In this document: positions 59,401 to 64,000 of the stretch, piece after piece
Position numbering within the stretch: position 1 is the first letter of the stretch
Layout of the letters: each line of letters begins with the position of its first letter
Source of the DNA: Eledone cirrhosa
Taxonomy: Eukaryota
DNA length: 64,000 bases
NCBI GenBank assembly: GCA_964016885.1
Contig: OZ024741.1
Location: 255,316,001 to 255,380,000, forward strand
Reading direction: 5' to 3'
Made by a program: the position numbers and the translations under genes
The notes under the pieces: generated by a model
Seen by the model: only the letters and a program-made list of their open reading frames with translations
Databases searched by the model: none
What the model was told of the DNA's origin: nothing

Positions 59401-62400
59401 TTGTTGCTGTTTTCTGTGTCAGTGCCAGTGTTGTTGTAGTTGTTGTTGTTTTCTTTGTCAGTGCCAGTGTTGTTGTTGTTGCTGTTTTCTCTGTCAGTGC
59501 CAGTGTTGTAGTTGTTGCTGTTTTCTCTGTCAGTGCCAGTGTTGTTGTTGTTGTTGCTGTTTTCTCTGTCAGTGCGAGTGTTGTTGTTGTTGCTATTTTC
59601 ACTGTCAGTGCCAGTGTTGTTGTTGTTACTGTTGCTGTTTTCTGTGTCAGTGCCAGTGTTGTTATTGTTACTGTTGCTGTTTTCTGTGCCAGTGCCAGTG
59701 TTATTGTTGCTGTTGTTGCTGTTTTGTCTGTCAGTGCCAGTGTTGTAGTTGTTGCTGTTTTCTCTGTCAGTGCCAGTGTTGTTGTAGTTGTTGCTGTTTT
59801 CTGTGTCAGTGCCAGTGTTGTTGTTGTTGCTGTTTTCTCTGTCAGTGCCAGTGTTGTTGTAGTTGTTGCTGTTTTCTCTGTCAGTGCCAGTGTTGTTGTA
59901 GTTGTTGCTGTTTTCTGTGTCAGTGCCAGTGTTGTTGTAGTTGTTGCTGTTTTCTCTGTCAGTGCCAGTGTTGTTGTTGTTGTTGCTGTTTTCTCTGTCA
60001 GTGCCAGTGTTGTAGTTGTTGCTGTTTTCTCTGTCAGTGCCAGTGTTGTTGTAGTTGTTGCTGTTTTCTGTGTCAGTGCCAGTGTTGTTGCTGTTGCTGT
60101 TTTCTCTGTCAGTGCCAGTGTTGTTGTAGTTGTTGCTGCTTTCTCTGTCAGTGCCAGTGTTGTTGTAGTTGTTGCTGTTTTCTGTGTCAGTGCCAGTGTT
60201 GTTGTTGTTGCTGTTTTCTCTGTCAATGCCAGTGTTGTTGTAGTTGTTGCTGTTTTCTGTGTCAGTGCCACTGTTGTTGTTGCTGTTTTCTGTGTCAGTG
60301 CCAGTGTTGTTGTTGTTGCTGTTTTCTCTGTCAGTGCCAGTGTTGTTGTTGCTGTTTTCTCTGTCAGTGCCAGTGTTGTTGTTGTTGCTGTTTTCTGTGT
60401 CAGTGCCATTGTTATTGCTGTTGTTGCTGTTTTCTGTGTCAGTGCCACTGTTGTTGTTGCTGTTGTTGCTGTTTTCTGTGTCAGTGCCAGTGTTGTTGCT
60501 GTTGCTGTTTTCTCTGTCAGTGCCAGTGTTGTTGTAGTTGTTGCTGTTTTCTCTGTCAGTGCCAGTGTTGTAGTTGTTGCTGTTTTCTGTGTCAGTGCCA
60601 GTGTTGTTGTTGTTGCTATTTTCACTGTCAGTGCCAGTGTTGTTGTTGTTGCTGTTTTCTGTGTCAGTGCCAGTGTTGTTGTTGTTGCTGTTGCTGTTTT
60701 CTGTGTCAGTTCCAGTGTTGCTGTTGCTGTTTTCTGTGCCAGTGCCAGTGTTATTGTTGCTGTTGTTGCTGTTTTCTGTGTCAGTGCCACGGTTGTTGTT
60801 GCTGTAGTTGCTGTTTTCTGTGTCAGTGCCAGTGTTGTTGTTGCTGTTTTCTGTGTCAGTGCCAGTGTTGTTGTTGCTGTTGTTGCTGTTTTCCGTGCCA
60901 GTGTTGTTGTAGTTGTTGCTGTTTTCTGTGTCAGTGCCGGTGTTGTTGTTGCTGTTTTCTCTGTCAGTGCCAGTGTTGTTGTTGTTGCTGTTTTCTCTGT
61001 CAGTGCCAGTGTTGTTGTTGTTGCTGTTTTCTGTGTCAGTGCCAGTGTTGTAGTTGTTGCTGTTTTCTGTGTCAGTGCCAGTGTTGTAGTTGTTGCTGTT
61101 TTCTGTGTCAGTGCCAGTGTTGTTGTAGTTGTTGCTGTTTTCTCTGTCAGTGCCAGTGTTGTTGTAGTTGTTGCTGTTTTCTCTGTCAGTGCCAGTGTTG
61201 TTGTAGTTGTTGCTGTTTTCTGTGTCAGTGCCAGTGTTGTTGTAGTTGTTGCTGTTTTCTGTGTCAGTGCCAGTGTTGTTGTAGTTGTTGCTGTTTTCTC
61301 TGTCAGTGCCAGTGTTGTTGTAGTTGTTGCTGTTTTCTCTGTCAGTGCCAGTGTTGTTGTAGTTGTTGCTGTTTTCTGTGTCAGTGCCAGTGTTGTTGTT
61401 GCTGTTTTCTCTGTCAGTGCCAGTGTTGTTGTAGTTGTTGCTGTTTTCTCTGACAGTGCCAGTGTTGTTGTAGTTGTTGCTGTTTTCTGTGTCAGTGCCA
61501 GTGTTGTTGTAGTTGTTGCTGTTTTCTCTGTCAGTGCCAGTGTTGTTGTTGTTGTTGCTGTTTTGTCTGTCAGTGCCAGTGTTGTAGTTGTTGCTGTTTT
61601 CTCTGTCAGTGCCAGTGTTGTTGTCGTTGTTGCTGTTTTCTGTGTCAGTGCCAGTGTTGTTGTTGCTGTTTTCTGTGTCAGTGTCAGTGTTGTTGTTGTT
61701 GCTATTTTCACTGTCAGTGCCAGTGTTGTTGCTGTTGCTGTTTTCTCTGTCAGTGCCAGTGATGTTCTAGTTGTTGCTGTTTTGTGTGTTAGTGCCAGTG
61801 TTGTTGTAGTTGTTGCTGTTTTCTGTGTCAGTGCCAGTGTTGTTGCTGTTGCTGTTTTCTCTGTCAGTGCCAGTGTTGTTGTAGTTGTTGCTGCTTTCTC
61901 TGTCAGTGCCAGTGTTGTTGTAGTTGTTTCTGTTTTCTGTGTCAGTGCCAGTGTTGTTGTTGTTGCTGTTTTCTCTGTCAGTGCCAGTGTTGTTGTAGTT
62001 GTTGCTGTTTTCTCTGTCAGTGCCAGTGTTGTTGATGTTGTTGCTGTTTTCTCTGTCAGTGCCAGTGTTGTAGTTGTTGCTGTTTTCTCTGTCAGTGCCA
62101 GTGTTGTTGTCGTTGTTGCTGTTTTCTGTGTCAGTGCCAGTGTTGTTGTTGTTGCTGTTTTCTGTGTCAGTGCCAGTGTTGTTGTTGTTGCTATTTTCAC
62201 TGTCAGTGCCAGTGTTGTTGCTGTTGCTGTTTTCTCTGTCAGTGCCAGTGATGTTGTAGTTGTTGCTGTTTTCTGTGTTAGTGCCAGTGTTGTTGTAGTT
62301 GTTGCTGTTTTCTGTGTCAGTGCCAGTGTTGTTGTAGTTGTTGCTGCTTTCTCTGTCAGTGCCAGTGTTGTTGTAGTTGTTGCTGCTTTCTCTGTCAGTG

Positions 62401-62660
62401 CCAGTGTTGTTGTAGTTTTTTCTGTTTTCTGTGTCAGTGCAAGTGTTGTTGTTGTTGCTGCTTTCTCTGTCAGTGCCAGTGTTGTTGTAGTTGTTGCTGT
62501 TTTCTGTGTCAGTGCCACTGTTGTTGTTGCTGTTTTCTGTGTCTGTGCCAGTGTTGTTGTTGTTGCTCTTTTCTCTGTCAGTGCCAGTGTTGTTGTTGCT
62601 GTTTTCTCTGTCAGTGCCAGTGTTGTTGTAGTTGTTGCTGTTTTCTGTGTCAGTGCCAGT

Positions 62661-64000
62661 GTTTCGGCTTACGTGTGTTTCGACTTACGAGTGTTTCGAC
62701 TTACGACTGTTTCGGCTTACGAGTGTTTCGGCTTACGAGTGTTTCGGCTTACGAGTGTTTTGACTTACGAGTGTTTTGACTTACGATTGTTTGGCTTACG
62801 AGTGTTCTGACTTACGGGTGTTCTGACTTACGAGTGTTCCGACTTACGAGTGTTTCGGCTTATGAGGGTTTCGACTTACGATTGCTTCGGCTTACGAGTG
62901 TTTCGACTTACGATTGTTTCGGCTTATGAGGGTTTCGACTTACGATTGCTTCGGCTTACGAGTGTTTTGACGTACGGGTGTTTCGACTTACGAGTGTTTC
63001 GGCGTATGAGTGTTTTGACTTACGAGTGTTTCGACTTACGAGTGTTTCGACTTACGATTGTTTCGAATTACGAGTGTTTCGACTTACGAGTGTTTTGACT
63101 TACGAGTGTTTTGACTTACGGTGTTTCTGCTTACGAGTGTTTCGACTTACGAGTGTTATGACTTACGGGTGTTTTGACATACGAGTGTTTCGACTTACGA
63201 GTGTTTTGACTTACGGGTGTTTTGACATACGAGTGTTTCGATACGAGTGTTCTGACTTACGAGTGTTATGACTTACGAGTGTTCTGACTTACGAGTGTTT
63301 CGACATACGAGTGTTTTGACTTACGAGTGTTTCGAATTACGAGTGTTTTGACTTACGGGTGTTTTGACATACGAGTGTTTCGATACGAGTGTTCTGACTT
63401 ACGAGTGTTCTGACTTACGAGTGTTTTGACTTACGAGTGTTCTGACTTACGAGTGTTCCGACTTACGAGTGTTCCGACTTACGAGTGTTTCGGCTTACGA
63501 GTGTTTCCGGCTTACGAGTGTTTCGACTTACGAGTGTTTTGACTTACCGTGTTTCGGCTTACGAGTGACTCGACTTACGAGTGTTTTGACTTACGGGTGT
63601 TTTGACTTACGGGTGTTGTGAATTACGAGTGTTCCGATTTACGAGTGTTTTGACTTACGGTGTTTCGGCTTACGAGTGATTCGACTTACGAATGTTTTGA
63701 CTTACGGGTGTTTCGGCTTGCGAGTGTTTCGACTTACGAGTGTTTCGGCTTATGAGTGTTTCGACTTACTAATGTTTTTACTTACGAGTGTTCTGACTTA
63801 CGAGTGTTCCGACTTACGAGTGTTCCGACTTACGAGTGTTTCGGCTTACGAGTGTTTCCGGCTTACGAGTGTTTCGACTTACGAGTGTTTCGACATACGA
63901 GTGTTTTGACTTACGGTGTTTCGACTTACGAGTGATTCGACTTACGAGTGTTTTGACTTACGGGTGTTTTGACTTACGGGTGTTGTGAATTACGAGTGTT
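62661..64000. repeat. Second satellite, 16-bp unit GTTTCGACTTACGAGT (about 84 units in the window), continuing past the right edge
   Basis: Read directly: gtttcggcttacgtgt (62661-76), gtttcgacttacgagt (62677-92), gtttcgacttacgact (62693-708) and so on. Variants include tcgg, ttga, ctga, ccga, acatac and acgggt, with occasional 14-, 15- and 17-bp units. Confidence 0.98.

Larger units (their letters stand above)
1..62660. repeat. Giant head-to-tail minisatellite/satellite array; unit mostly 33/36/39 bp, consensus GCTGTTTTCT(C/G)TGTCAGTGCCAGT-GTTGTT(GTA)GTTGTT; truncated by the left window edge
   Basis: The core TTTTCT(C/G)TGTCAGTGCCAGT recurs on essentially every line from 1 to 62660 in one orientation, separated only by a variable GTT/GTA/GCT triplet tract. 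The last core ends at 62660 (..CAGTGCCAGT). The 39-mer TCT-type consensus has T19 G11 C6 A3. Confidence 0.99.
1..62660 (-). pseudogene. Possible but unsupported degenerate Thr-rich mucin-like repeat frame (TTTTTLALT[E/Q]KTA)n
   Basis: This is the only frame with a protein-like composition in the ORF track (longest piece 28511-48238). It is broken by TAA at 1910, 5534, 11378, 26861, 49952 and 54301, by TAG at 28511, 48341, 51494 and 55624, and by -1 frameshifts near 52738, 56943 and 57770. There is no signal peptide or unique domain, Pro/Ser are nearly absent, and the upstream flank is another satellite. Confidence 0.12.

Noticed and set aside
52642-61453. Cys-rich CCFLCQCQCCCS ORFs as metallothionein-like or keratin-associated proteins
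   Set aside because: These are an alternative frame of the same repeat. Their long versions gain a start codon through the -1 deletions, and elsewhere the frame is cut often by TGA/TAG variants. The commonest dimorphism (CTC/CTG) is silent in this frame, but one site is not evidence of selection.
1237-62259. Dozens of short Leu-rich ORFs resembling signal peptides or membrane proteins
   Set aside because: They are the third + frame of the repeat, starting at TTG in the GTT tract and ending at the next TAG from a GTA variant. They are useful only as duplication landmarks.
1-62660. CRISPR array (constant core plus variable intervening sequence)
   Set aside because: The intervening parts are short GTT triplet tracts, not unique spacers. 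There is no leader and no cas gene.
1-62660. Antifreeze glycoprotein or another known Thr/Ala polyprotein
   Set aside because: There is no (Ala-Ala-Thr)n tripeptide periodicity or spacer pattern, and I do not recognise the peptide as any known family.
62661-64000. Telomerase-made telomeric repeat, and the small ORFs 62850-63909
   Set aside because: The unit has no G-run, is too heterogeneous and shows multi-unit duplications. The ORFs are just the 16-bp unit cycling through frames (48 bp = 16 aa).
1-64000. Synthetic or pure assembly-artefact sequence
   Set aside because: Hierarchically shared and private point variants, edge divergence and linked mutations look like natural evolution, although exact copy numbers need read validation.

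Overview
The whole window is tandem-repeat DNA. I see no unique sequence, recognisable gene, RNA gene, transposase or CRISPR array. Positions 1-62660 are one uninterrupted head-to-tail minisatellite/satellite with a mostly 33-39 bp unit, consensus GCT GTT TTC T(C/G)T GTC AGT GCC AGT (GTT)n[GTA]GTT GTT. That is roughly 1,650-1,750 units by length estimate, and the array is open at the left edge. Rare variant units show nested higher-order duplications with offsets of about 0.8, 1.5, 2.9, 3.2, 3.9-4.2, 9.5 and 15.5 kb. At 62661 the sequence switches abruptly, across a shared AGTGTT, to an unrelated CpG-containing 16-bp satellite (GTTTCGACTTACGAGT) that runs off the right edge. The giant ORFs (Val-rich on +, Thr-rich mucin-like on -, Cys-rich and Leu-rich fragments) are best explained as by-products of a repeat whose unit length is a multiple of 3. 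The only protein-like frame (minus strand, TTTTTLALT[E/Q]KTA) has ten in-frame stops and three -1 frameshifts, several of them copied by later duplications. The region looks like eukaryotic heterochromatic satellite, but I cannot identify the organism. I cannot demonstrate a new biological system. The best leads are the CENP-B-box/pogo-TIR-like motif in the 16-mer, the satellite-satellite junction, and the readable expansion history of the large array.
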